Positions 52,501-64,000 of a DNA stretch of 64,000 nt are shown in pieces. Numbering within the stretch: position 1 is the stretch's first letter; each line of letters starts with the position of its first letter. Origin of the DNA: Raillietiella orientalis (Eukaryota); assembly GCA_036172245.1 (NCBI GenBank), contig JAYWIR010000037.1, positions 372,001 to 436,000 on the forward strand. Reading direction: 5' to 3'. The notes beneath the pieces were generated by a model. The model was not told the DNA's origin and did not search any database. It was given only the letters and a program-made list of their open reading frames with translations. The translations under genes and the position numbers were made by a program.

Positions 52501-55500
52501 TTACAGGAAAACACGATAGCACCAGAAGTCCGGGAATTACGACGTCCTGAAAATCCTACTTGCTGGCCATTAGCGAGCGCGCCATCTCTTAACTCGGAGA
52601 GGGCTGGGCTTTCACCAATCGTAAAGTGCTTTCTGCGTCCGAGCTTTTTTTCTTTTTTTTTTTCTTCCACGTCTGCAGTCTTTCTTCTCTCTCTCTCTCT
52701 CTGTACATTTTTGCAAAGCACATTCAAGGTCACCTGAACTCCAGTCAGGATTTCACGAACCTCGCAGATGCCAACGGATGCAGAAGAAAAGTGTGTTTGA
52801 GGGAGAGGACATGCAGTGCTGTTTGATGCAAGAATTCGTTGCGTGGAAGGGGGGGGGGGGGAGAAGGGAGGGGAGGAAGAAAAAGACAGTAACCGATAGG
52901 CTCATTCTAATAGAAGGATCTGTGGGAAGGCAAGAGTTCGAAAGAATAGCAGAGCTGAGAGGGTGTGACGTCCGAAGTATCCGTTTGGATCGGGATGTCT
53001 TCCTTCCCTTCTTCTTCTACCACCTGCATGGAGATAATCGTCCAAGAGCTGATTTGGAGCAAATTTTAGGATTCTTTTCTTGGGGAGGAGGGAGGGGGGG
53101 AGATGGAAGGTATCCAGGATTCCTCCAGCTGCACCAGCATCGACTGAGCCTGAGACGTGCAGGTCTTTGCGGAGCCTGGAACCACCTGACCGGGTTAAGG
53201 GAGCTGTATGGTCATTTCTCACGATTGGAGGAATCCAGGGTGGAGTCTCTGACGAGTCCGATCATGCGCCTGCTGCAATACCACCAACAGTTGCAACCGG
53301 AACCGCAAGCCACTCTGTTTTCTTTTCTTTTCTTCTTTCCTTTAAAGAGTCGTGCTGTTTTTGATGCTTTTTCCGTTTCCAATTTGATTTCATCCTGGAG
53401 ACGCGACGGACGAGAGGGATTCGATGGCGCATTCAGTGAGCGGCAAATGGTTCCTTGCCGATCCTTCTTCTCCCGGCTGCAGTCCAAACTGCACTAGCAC
53501 CGATTAAGCCTGAGGCTTTGGACGAGGACCGCTCATCGAGCTAGCACCTTTCGTGAGGTGATCCTCATCCCTTCCTTTCTAGACTGTTCCCGGAGACCAC
53601 TCGCTCCCTCGGCAGTTCCCTTCTTTCCCCAAGGAATGGTTCCTCCTGACGCTATCCTGCTCCGATTCGCGCAGCAGCGCGAAGCGGGCGAGATACTCCT
53701 TGACGCGTCAGTTTATGCTTTCCTCCAGTGGAGGACGCGTCATCATCTTTGGGAAAGGGAAAAAAGGAAAAACAATAATTTCTCCGCGAGGATCGGTCCC
53801 TCTCGGATCGGTCCACGGAAACCCTGGATCGCTTTTTAACGAAGCCGCACGCGCGCAGGAAGGCACGGCAGCGGCGTCGGCGGAGGTACTGCCGAGTCAG
53901 CACCGGCGCTCCGTCGAAACGGAACTATGGTTTCAGACATCCCACTTGTTGCTGCTGCACCTCCGCTGATCTTGGCGCCGTGGCAATGCGCAGCAGCCGT
54001 AATGAAACATTGATTTTTTTTTTTTTTTCTTTCTTTTTTCCCCCGCTTTCTTTTCCTCTCTCTCTTTTGCTTTTTTTTTTTTTTTTTTGCCAGTGTCAGT
54101 GACTGGCGTTTACGTCCATTCACTCTCGAAACGACCCGCCGTTCTTCTTCTGGAGCGAGCACGAACGCTCGAACAAGTCCCGCGAGGGGTAGGCAAGTTG
54201 AGCGCTTTAAAAAATCCACGGTGGTGTTCCCACGTCTGGAGACTCCGCGGGATGCAAACGATCGGCGAAACGGAGGAGGCGTGATCATTCAACAGCAATA
54301 ACTTGGCTGCAGCAGCAGCAGCATCTCACGCTTCCTCAACTTGTTTCTGCAGCAGTGGATTTTTCTCGGGAAAATGAAACTGGAGCGGGGTTGGGGAGAT
54401 CCCCGATCGCATCCGATGTGGAGATTGACTGATCTTTCGAGTGCCGCATCCTGTCCGCCGCCTGACGCTTCCGATGTTCTCGAGCGCATGCGCAACAGCA
54501 ACAGAGTGGAGCTGCGGTGATCCTCGAGCCATCCGCGGACGACGACACCCTGTGGTGCCGACTCTGCTCAGCAGAAGGCACCGAACTCACTGTGGCTTCA
54601 CTCGGGAGGCGTGGCGAGCACGCCAAGTGCCTCTCGCTGATGGCGAGGGCCTTAACGCCAATTCGTTGTGGCGGCGCTCCTCCGTTCGGCACCACTTCGA
54701 GCACGGTGGGGTAGCGCGCGTCTGTTTCCTCTGTTTCTGAGCGCCGATGTGACCACGGTGCGGTTCCTTCCTGTGCCAGAGGGCTTTCCCAATTATCCCC
54801 TCCGGGGAATGGAAGTCGATGCGGTTTCGAACCACGCTGCATTCTCTCGGGTGGCAGCGAAGCACGCTGGCGCTTACCATTTGCAGAGCTGCTTTTGCTG
54901 TCTTTGTGTTTCCTTAATGGACGCGTGGAAGATTGAGGTGCCCGCGGACATCAGCCTTCAAGTGGTCATCGTCACTCTCGAAAGGTGACGTGCGGTGCTT
55001 GTTGGGTCAGCAAAATTCATTAGTTTGTGACTATAGTCGCCCTTCCATGCCACTTGACGGGACGCTAAGGTTCATCTATCGGGAAAGAGTCGTAGAAGAT
55101 GGAGTGCGAGTGACTGGACCGCAAGCGAGATCAAACGAGGCAGCCGAGTTATGGTGTCATTCTTTGGAAAAAAAAAAAAAAAAAAAAATGCGCCGCTGTA
55201 CGCAGTAATGATTCGATTGCATATCAGCTGAGAATTGCTACGCCAACACGAAGAGGAAGAACTGAGCAGACGTTCATGGACTGGGATCCTCTCTTGCAAG
55301 AAGCTTACTAACGGATGATCCTTCTTTGCAGATCCGTTGCCTATACGAAGAGACAGCGATCCTCGTCTAAGATACGAGGATGTGTGGCGCAATTAAAGGC
55401 GCTCCTCTGCACTGGACTAATTGCACGAAACTGCTGGGAAAAGGATTTGATTGAAAGGGTCAGCTATCATGGGCACTACAGTGATTTGTCACACCTGATT

Positions 55501-55588
55501 TTATTTTGCGAAGCAAAGGGACACTGAATGCCGATTCTTTTTTTTAAAATCAGTTCACTTAGAACGAGAACGGGATTTTTTCCTTTTT

Positions 55589-55621
<33 letters not shown>

Positions 55622-55899
55622 GACGTCAGCAGTGCAGCGAAGGAGTAGAAAACAAGCGAACAACAACGACAACAACAACAAAAAAAAAAAAAAAAATCCG
55701 AGGATCGCGACGTGCAGTTCATTCCTTCGTCGCAGTTGCGAGGAACCGAACAGCCAGAATATTCTTCGTGAGATTAGCACCCACTTTTCCGTTAAGTTAT
55801 CTGATGGCAAACGAGCCCGTGCATGACGGCGGAAAAGGTATCATCTTGCGAGTCATTAGCATTACCACTTTCATCTGCAACGTCTTCGGATGGTTCCGG

Positions 55900-56560
55900 A
55901 TTAGCGTTCGTATCAGCCCCATCATTCTCATCGGCGCAAACGGCAAAAAAAGAAGAAGAAGAAGAAGAAGAAAAAGTCTGAAGCTGTTCTCGCGAAAGCT
56001 TCCGTATATGTTTCTGAATGAGGTTCGCCTTCGACGGATTCACAGCCATCGACCGTTTCTTCTGCGTGGAAGCCCAAATCCGACTTCTGGTAGCAATCTG
56101 CCCATGCAGCTTGCGTCGACCTATTTTAGGCCTTCTCCGCATGTGCGAGTGGAAAGTCCGAAAAGACCGTCTTCCTTCCCCTCTTCGCGGCCGCGTCCAC
56201 GGCAACCGTCTCGCCACGGACAACAGCTGGAACGCGGTCTCCCCGCGCCGTTGAGGGATGCTGCTGAAGAGTGTAGTAGGGCCGGGCACCATCCGTTTGG
56301 CCAGTGCCGGGCTAGAAAACGAAAACACGTGGGAAAACGGTTGGCTTCCGAGCAGCGCTGACCCTTCGGAGAGCTCTTCAGACACGCGGCGAGCGGCATC
56401 CGTGCTCCGTGTACCACACTTTGGTTAGTTACGGGTACGCTTTACTCCAACCGGTCCCTCCCTGTTCCAGAGGCCTGTTTCAGCAGGCGTCGAACTCAGC
56501 GAAAAGTCTGTTCGCGCGTTGTCGGAGCATTTTGTGGATGCCCTATGTCTTTCCCTTGCG
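55900..56560 (+). mobile_element. Decayed IS630-Tc1-mariner transposase remnant
   Basis: Ordered YMFLNEVR..H (YLDETW-like), PNPTSG..RPIL (PxGKGxRLI-like), LLKSVVGPGTIRLA (LLPxLxPxSVIVxDN-like) and GYALLQPVPP (GHxVLRLPPY-like). Confidence 0.38.
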
Positions 56561-58299
56561 AGAGCTTCCTGCGCCGACCCACTGCTCAGCAAAGGATAAC
56601 TCTATTTTTCGAAGCTTTGGTTCTCAGCGTATCGTCGACGTCACTGAAGCTTCCAGGCAAGGAGGAACAAAACATCTTCGTCCTCCTCGCGTGGAAAAAT
56701 CTTTTGAAATAGGAACTTCAGCAAGGCCAGCACGTTTCCTATCTCTAGGCTGCTGGCAAAATTTGATCGAGTTTACAAGCTCCCATCTCTTCACCGATCA
56801 TCATCGTGTTGTCGACTGTAAACGAGGGATGCAGAAACCCACAGCAATTTGTTCAGTTTTTTTTTTTTTTTTGTGTGTGTGTGTGTGTGTGCGCGTGTGT
56901 GTGTTTTTTTTCCCCTGGTGGCGCAGGACCACGGACTGGAATGTGACTGTCACGTGCTCTTGGAAAAGCGGCACAACTTTTTGGTTTACTTCCTCTTTCG
57001 TTTTTGATCAGGGTCGACGTCGCTTTGCCATTCTTCAAGAGTTGTTTCCTTATTTTTTTTCTTGAGAAAACACCATGAAAAGTTGTGTAACTGCACAACG
57101 ATTTTTTTCTTTTTTTTTTTTTTTTGTATCAAGTGCTTCTCCTTCTCGGGTTGCTGCTGTCCAGATAGGAACATTGTATAAAAACTCTTTACCCTCCTCC
57201 CTTCTCAGGTTAACGGTTCAACCATTTCAGGGACAAACGAGGGAAAAAAAAAGTTTTTTTTCGATCCGTGAGTCCTATGAGTCTAAAAATAATTTGCATG
57301 CAGTTTGTAGGATTCTTTTGTCCATTCTTACACATAGGGTTCCCACGTCCAAATGGTCCACAGAAACGAATTCCTTCATCCTTCCAATCTTAAGCTACCC
57401 AGTGCGAGAAGAAGAAGGGGAAAAAAAGAGGCCCACGTGCCATTCATGTGAGAGTGGTACGGCACAGAGATACCCTGGAATCACCTACGCTACGAATTCA
57501 TAGCAAGCAGCTCGCCTGTGTTTCGCTTAATGCGATTAACCGAAGGATGCAGTCAGCCAGCGCGCGCGGACGGATCAGAGAGTCACTTGGCTGATTTGCC
57601 ACTCTTTCTAAAAGCGACCGAACCAAAGCTACAGGGAACCGATAGGCAATCAAGTGGAGTGGCTACTTGTTTGTCCGGAAAGTAAGAAAAAAAAAAAAAA
57701 AAAAGGAACAGAAGGGGAAGAGGAACAGGTCCTCGGATGTTCTTCCAGAGAGCACGTATTCGCAACGAGAGTGATGCGACGGGGAAGCGGGCTTCGGGTG
57801 TCTGCGACCTTCCATTTTCCTCGCGAAGAACTTTTGGCCTTTGGGTTCATCGGATGATTTCTCGGAGGTGAGCAAGCAAGCAGCCTCGCTTGCTATTCCG
57901 AAACGATTTGAATTATACAGACTGAAGGCAAGGGAGCGTGCGTACGAATGCCGTTCAGACGACCTCGAGCACCTGACCTTTATCTACTCGTTTCCCTTTT
58001 CGATCAGGAGTCGATCAAGGGTTGACGTGTCGCTGTTCCTCAAGAGCAACTTCCTTACATTGTCTGATAAAAAAATATGTGTGAGCAAACTTTTTACCTT
58101 GGGTGAGCCAAAAGGAACTACGAAACCGATACAGAAGAGAGAGAATTTCTCGACAGAAGCAGGGCAGACTACGAAAGGAGATTGCCTAGCAATGCACCGT
58201 CCGGCAGGGTTGATTTGCCTCGCATCAGCACAGCATCAGATGTCGCACTCGAGAGAGCGCGCGCGCGCGGAGTGTGTGCTTCCCGGACGTATTGAACCG

Positions 58300-58900
58300 T
58301 GGTGAAAATTCCGCAGTGGCTGGACAGAACGAAAAGGTCACACGCCTGCAGGTTAGACGACACGGACGAAGGGAACGAACTCGCTGAGGTGAGGCCGCGA
58401 TTCGTTTATCCGGGAGGATTGCAAGGTTCGGATGAGGATGCCGGTTATGCGATTCGCATCATCAAACTCCGAGGAACAGCAGTCGAGAATCGCGCCTCCA
58501 CATCCGACTGGCAGAAACACGGAAGCATTCGGGTGCTGGTGGTATTTTCACAGAACTTTCGAAGAGACGAACGGATCGAAGGGGTCTGCCCTTGATCTGC
58601 CCACCACGGGTTGCTAACGACGGTGTTACTGCTGGCGACGAAGTGTACACGCTGCTGCCGGATATCGCAAAATACGTAACTCGAAGATCCTTCACAGAAG
58701 AAACATCGACACCGTTTTCCACTACACCAGCGGCGATCTGGCGCAAAAACACCCGGCTCGAGCCGCGCGCCACTGACGTGGGAATTCGGGAGCGCGCTAA
58801 ACGTATTCGCAACGAGAGCGATGCACAGACTCTCCAGAGGAAAACAGAAAGGCGATGTGCTCGTTCGTTCAGGAGTCGCAGTTTCACTTCGTGGAGCTGC
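58300..58900 (+). mobile_element. Possible MULE transposase remnant
   Basis: IIKLRGTAVENRA then EAFGCWWYFHRTF weakly recall DFExAxxNA / GCxFH. Weak support. Confidence 0.25.
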
Positions 58901-60545
58901 TTTTTGCACGTGCGATCCTCACTCTCACACACGCCGATTGTACTCGGCGGACTTCATATAACTTGGTGGTGAAGTCAAGGGAACAAAAGCTGCGGAGCTA
59001 AAGCGAAGACTGTTAGCATTTACCAAAGTGCTTGGTGAGGAGACCACCTGAGAGAGAGAAAGAGGTCATCGACTCTGGACCACGGTACCAAAGGCAGAGG
59101 GAATCGTTCCTGGTCGTACACTGAAAGAGCAGTTCCAAGTTCATACCCAATATGCGCACGTTTCTTTCCATTCCTATCCCGGGGAACCTTCGTCAGCGTT
59201 CCACCTTCACCGTGAGGAGACCGATGGGCTCTACCAGAGACTGACGATTTCACAGAGAAGGTAAGCTCAAACGCAAGAGAAAAAAAAAAAAAGAAAAAGG
59301 CATGGCATAGGATCCAAGAAGAAGGGAAACTATCGCTTCAGCGCTCACACTGAGAGGTGAGAGGAAGAAGCTCGAACCCCCCCCCCCCCCCACACACACA
59401 CACACACACACAAAATAAACAAAACAAAACTGAAGATCTGCCTCAGGTCTCATGAGAGCGGTCATTGATTAATGGGAAACACCAGAACGAGATCAGCTCG
59501 TATGCCGACCTCCGAAACATAATTGCGTCCTTCGCTGCGCGCAGCCAGGTGGATGGATGCTCAAGAAAGAAGCCGGTGGGGATAGCAGCCAACGTGAGGG
59601 ACTGCTGCTGCCGGGACCCGCGGAACCGCGCACAAACGAAGGCAACCGACATCGTCGAGAAGAAAGCGAAATGCGCAACAGCAGCAGTTTTACTCTGAAG
59701 TGCGGCAACGGAGCGACGCCTCGGCCGCTCGCAGCAGCGTGCAATGGAAAATGGAGGGTGCGAAGAAGGGCACATTCTGCAAGAAGGCCCGCCTGCAACT
59801 GGCGACGGAGGCCACACAGACGTCGGCCACCAGTGGCACCAAAGGGGGGGGGGGGGAGGGAGGGAGCGCCCGCTGATTTCGCTGCCGAGGGAAAGCTCGA
59901 AAGCAAGTTGAAAGAAACCCCAGCCGAGAGACAGGGAAAAAGGTCCCAGAAAGGCCGCGAGGCTTGGAGCACTTCTACACGTAAGGGGAAAAAAAAAAAA
60001 AGGTTTCTTGCGTTCCTGTCCGTGCTCAATCGCACAGTCCTTTGAATTGGTGGGCAACTCTGCCAGCAGAGCAACCGGGAAAAAGGGGTTCACCAGAAAG
60101 AAGATGCTGCACGTGTCTGAGCATAGTACATTTATTGCGATGATCTTACAATGGCGAGTGTACAACACGCACGAGAACACGTAGCGATTAAAGCATCTGC
60201 GAACACATGACTTCCAATGAGATCTGGGCGCGATTCAAGTAATACTGCTGAATGAATGACACATCCGTACTTCAAACCGTACATCAACTGCTGATAAGCG
60301 TACTGAGAAATATGACTTGATTCTTCGTGGACGAGATAGGAAACGGTCGAGAAGTATTCACAAGGGAGGCGGGGGGGGGGACGAGGAGGAGGAAAATGCA
60401 AAGCGGAGAGAGGGAAGGAGAAGGGGAAGTCCAACCGGCGATCATTACGAGAATATAAAAAAATATCACATACTTTACGAAGTGAACACCGATAACAACC
60501 GCTCTGGATGAGGAGAGGGGGGGGGGGGGGGAGGGAGGGAGGGAA

Positions 60546-63500
60546 TCAACACAGGGTTTCCAGGGGTCTGCGGATGGGTTGCAGTTGCGCTTGCCGCTTC
60601 ACGAATGCTTGATATTCCATTCGCATGGTATGCAGCCTGGCTTCCATGGAGGAGAGGGCTACGTGATCCGGGAGTTTGGTGATGGAATAGGGAGGTGGCA
60701 GCTCGTTCCTGGGTTCGCCAGCCCGATCCTTCGCCAGCTTGAGATGGATGGGGAAAGGCAAGTGGGCAGCGTCGAACTCGTAGTGAGTGTCCACACTCGC
60801 GTCGAGCGTGGTGATCAAGGGGCTGCACTCCGAGTGCAAGGAAGCTCGTCCTCCGGGAGAATCAAAACCATGATCGGAAACGGAAACGATGGGATAGGGA
60901 GCCCATCGGCAGTCCTTCCTGGGAGACAGTCTCTGCAGCCTCTGTAGCCGGGACTCGACGCACAGCTCTCCGGGAGCGAAGGAACTGTGGGTGGGTTGCG
61001 AAGAAGTGTTTCGGCTGGCTATTCCGCTGGAAGCACTTTCTTGGGTGACGTCGACGGGAGGGACCATGCGGGCACTGCCCCTGCCGCTGGAGACGCTGGC
61101 TAGGCTCGCGCGATCGTCTGCGCGACACTCGTCATGCGCAGGGAGCAGAGCTCCGCTGCGGACGCGACCGATGGCGACCTGCAGTCGCTCACGGGTGTAG
61201 GAAGCATCCGGGTTCCACCGAGAAGAAACGCACGGGACGTTGCAGATGACCGGCACGTTAACGTAATGAGGGTAGCAGTCGTCGCGCGCGTATATGTATT
61301 CGTTGGAGAGCACCTGGGGAGGGGAGCTGGTGGCAACGGGAGGAGGCGCGTTTCTCAGAAGCAATCCTCCTTTGTCGGAAGACAACACCGTGCTGGGGAA
61401 CGACCGTTCCCCCGAGCTGGGCTGCTGGAGAGAGCTCAGGTCGCTTGGAAGGACGGCAGCGGCGCTCGGAGGCGGCACAGCAGAACACGGAGAGCTAGTG
61501 CGGAAACGTCTTTTGGGGGAGGCTTCCTCTTCGTCTGGGTCAGGAGACCGAAAGTCCAGGCGCTGCTGATACCGCTTCCACCTCGCGGTTGCGAAGCCAC
61601 CCTCGTCGCTGACGTTGCTGCTGGAGTCGCCCGATAAGAAGCGTCCGTCCTGAGATCGAAAGATCAGGCGCACCCCGGGGCCGGTGGTTCGCAGGGCTTT
61701 CGGCATGCGATCCAGGATCCACAACCCGTCCACGCTCTCGCGGGATTCCCAAGCGGCACTGTTCACCGGCAGGAGCGCGTGCAATCTCTTTCTCAAGGAA
61801 AGCAGCTTGCGCCGCAGTCTCACAAATGATATTCGGTTCGACTGTTTTCTGCAACAGAAAAGCCATGTGGCAGAGATGCGCAGCGCAAGGAGTAAGCCGC
61901 GGGGCAAACATCACCTTTCCTCCTGCGGAGATCAAGGCAGGCAGCATTAAGAGAAGGGAGGGGAGAGAGAAAAACACAATGAGTGCCAGTGGTCGCGAAA
62001 CGTTCTATCGCGATTCGCAGAGAATGTGACTGACTTACTTGGGCAGAGACAGCGGGTCGGGGGCGTGGGCGTGTCCTCCGTTGCGGGTCTCCGTCACCCG
62101 GCAAGCCACCATGTTGTACGCTGGTGGGAGAGAGAGAGAGAGAGAGGGGGGGGGGGAGGGGGAATAAACAAGCAAACCGTGGCAGGTGAGGGTCAGGGAG
62201 CCCTACGGGGGACGCACCCAACCCTATGGGGGACGGGACCCTGGAACGTACCTTTCTCGTGCCTGCGGCGCTTCCGCTTGTTGCAGATCTTCACTGCACA
62301 GACGGACAGTATGATAGCCACGAAGAAGAAGAGGATTCCGCCCACCACGCCTGCGATGACTGCCTTGTGCTTCAAGCGCACTGGAGGAGAGAGAAAGAAA
62401 TGCAGATCTCGAGGTCGCCTTGGTGGGGGGGGGGGAGGAGGAGGTAAAGAAAATGGGGGAGGGGGGATGCGTACCTGGGACAGTGAACTTGACGGGGCTG
62501 CTGCTCTCGTAGTTGGTGAGGCTGTGGGCATTGACGCGGAACTCGTACGACCGCTCACCCACTAGGCCCGCCATGTTGCGCTCTGGAAAGACGAGCGTGC
62601 GTCGCCACCGTCGTCCCGGCAGACTTCCCCGGGCTCTCCCGGGGACGCTTCCCTTCCCCTTCCCCTACCGATGAATTCCGTGCGCCCTTCTATCTTCGTG
62701 GGGTTCAGCCTCTTCCAGGTGGTGTCGGCCAGAAGCTTGTAGTCGATGGTGTAATACCCGATGGCTATCCCGTTGTCGATGGGGGGCAGCCAGAAGAACC
62801 TGATGCCAGTTGACACCTCGCTGATATTGAGGTCCCTCGGAGGGTTGGGTCGCGGACCTGCGGAAGGGAGAGAATCCTCCTGACTGGCGAAGGACGTGCA
62901 AGGTTTCGGGGAGAGGGTCGACAGGTAGGATGACTGCAAGCCAAGCGCCAATACCTGTAGGTCTACGAACGATTGGGAAGTAGGTGCGGCCGTAGCCGTC
63001 CCTCGGGAGCACAAACATGCTATAGTCTACCACTGAAATACGACAACAACACATGAGCAGGAGGGGCACAGGACACATGCGCACTGTTCCCTTTCCCCTT
63101 AACCCCCCCCCCCCCCCCCCGCTCTCCCGAAAAGCGACAACATGAAAAAAGGGGGGAGGGAGCATGCAGGCACCGCATTCAAGACGTACGAGACGGGCAG
63201 GCAACTGGGGTCCAGGCGGAAGGGGATCTTCCGGGTCTAGGCCACACCACAAAGTCTTACCCGCTTTCAAAATCATCTGCCTTCCCGTGGATTCGGAAGG
63301 GTTCTCCGCCCTGCCTGGTTTTATACCTTGGGGCGAGGGCGAAACGGGCGAAGGAACGACCGTGGCGCCCCCGCTTCCCACAGCTGAAGTGAAAAGGGAG
63401 AGGGAGAAATGCAGAGGAAGGTGTACGGGGTGTTCTTCCGGGCGCAACACTTACTTTTGGTGGTGGCCTTTACGAGTGCACTAACCATACTGTCCCCCAG

Positions 63501-63956
63501 GCGGTTCTTGCTCGTGATCTCGAACTCGTAGGACGTGTTGGGCAGCAGGTTGTAGATGGTGATGGACGTTTTTCCGGGAGCCACCTTCTGGGAAGCCCTT
63601 TCCCGGGGCTCGCCGGCCTCGTTGTACCTGCCCAGGCCCCGTTCACCGATCCAGGAGAGAGACCGGGCTCTCAGTGTCCCTCACCAGATGACGTACTCCT
63701 GCTTGTAGTCCTCTCCTCCGCTGTACCCGGGGAACCACTGGAGAGACACCGCGTACTCGCTGGCATTGACGCTTATGTTGTGCGGGGGCTGCGGCCTGCT
63801 CCCTTCGACGAGCAGCTGCGTGGCGGAGACGATGGTGGCGATCTCGTTGGTTGCGATGCACTCGTAGTAGGCAAAGTCTTCTTCCCTCAGGTTCCGGATG
63901 GTAAGGTTCCCCTGGTTTAGTTCCGTCCGCGTCTTTGGCAGCGGCTTGCCGTCGTG
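60546..63956 (-). CDS. tutl: Turtle (IGSF9-family) Ig/FN3 cell-adhesion receptor, 3' part; 5' end lies outside the window
   Basis: Exons 63956-63685, 63627-63455, 63032-62955, 62857-62669, 62582-62475, 62380-62252, 62120-62039, 61848-60546 are all phase-consistent. They encode the last Ig domain (GNLTIRNL..YYECIATN), two FN3 domains (WFPGYSGG..KQEY; PNPPRDL), TM AGVVGGILFFFVAIILSVCAVKICNKRKRR, YNMVACR and a long cytoplasmic tail ending ETLC. Confidence 0.9.
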
Positions 63957-64000
63957 CTGCGGAGGGAAGGCGCTCCCGCCGCTGCGGAGCGGATGCCAGC

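Noticed and set aside
1..64000. CRISPR arrays, operons, rRNA/tRNA genes, U12 (AT-AC) introns
   Set aside because: Eukaryotic intron-rich DNA; no spaced direct-repeat arrays or structural RNA signatures seen, and all resolved introns are GT-AG.

Overview
Eukaryotic (animal, most likely arthropod) genomic DNA, not prokaryotic. The ORF track misses most real genes because they are split by many short GT-AG introns. Splicing by hand recovers nine protein-coding genes: RSPH1-like MORN protein (-, partial, 1-8796), WAVE/SCAR (+), a small 128-aa NOL7/Utp16-like gene (+), GSTZ1 (-), POMT2 (+), AVEN-like (+), ALDH6A1 (-), an ABCG1/4-like half transporter (-) and the 3' half of a turtle (IGSF9)-like Ig/FN3 receptor (-). 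The window has two compartments: an AT-rich, CpG-poor block of compact housekeeping genes with 40-50 nt introns (~10-36 kb) and a GC/CpG-rich block (~37-64 kb). Long introns and intergenic DNA hold heavily decayed transposons (Tc1/mariner, pogo, Harbinger/ISL2EU, MULE, Ty3/Gypsy). Highlights: a head-to-head GSTZ1-POMT2 pair (167 bp between ATGs) that mirrors the human arrangement as I recall it; a tail-to-tail NOL7-like/GSTZ1 pair with stops 25 bp apart; ultra-short introns with AAG acceptors; and two unannotated multi-exon transcript candidates. All homology calls come from remembered motifs; no searches were run.
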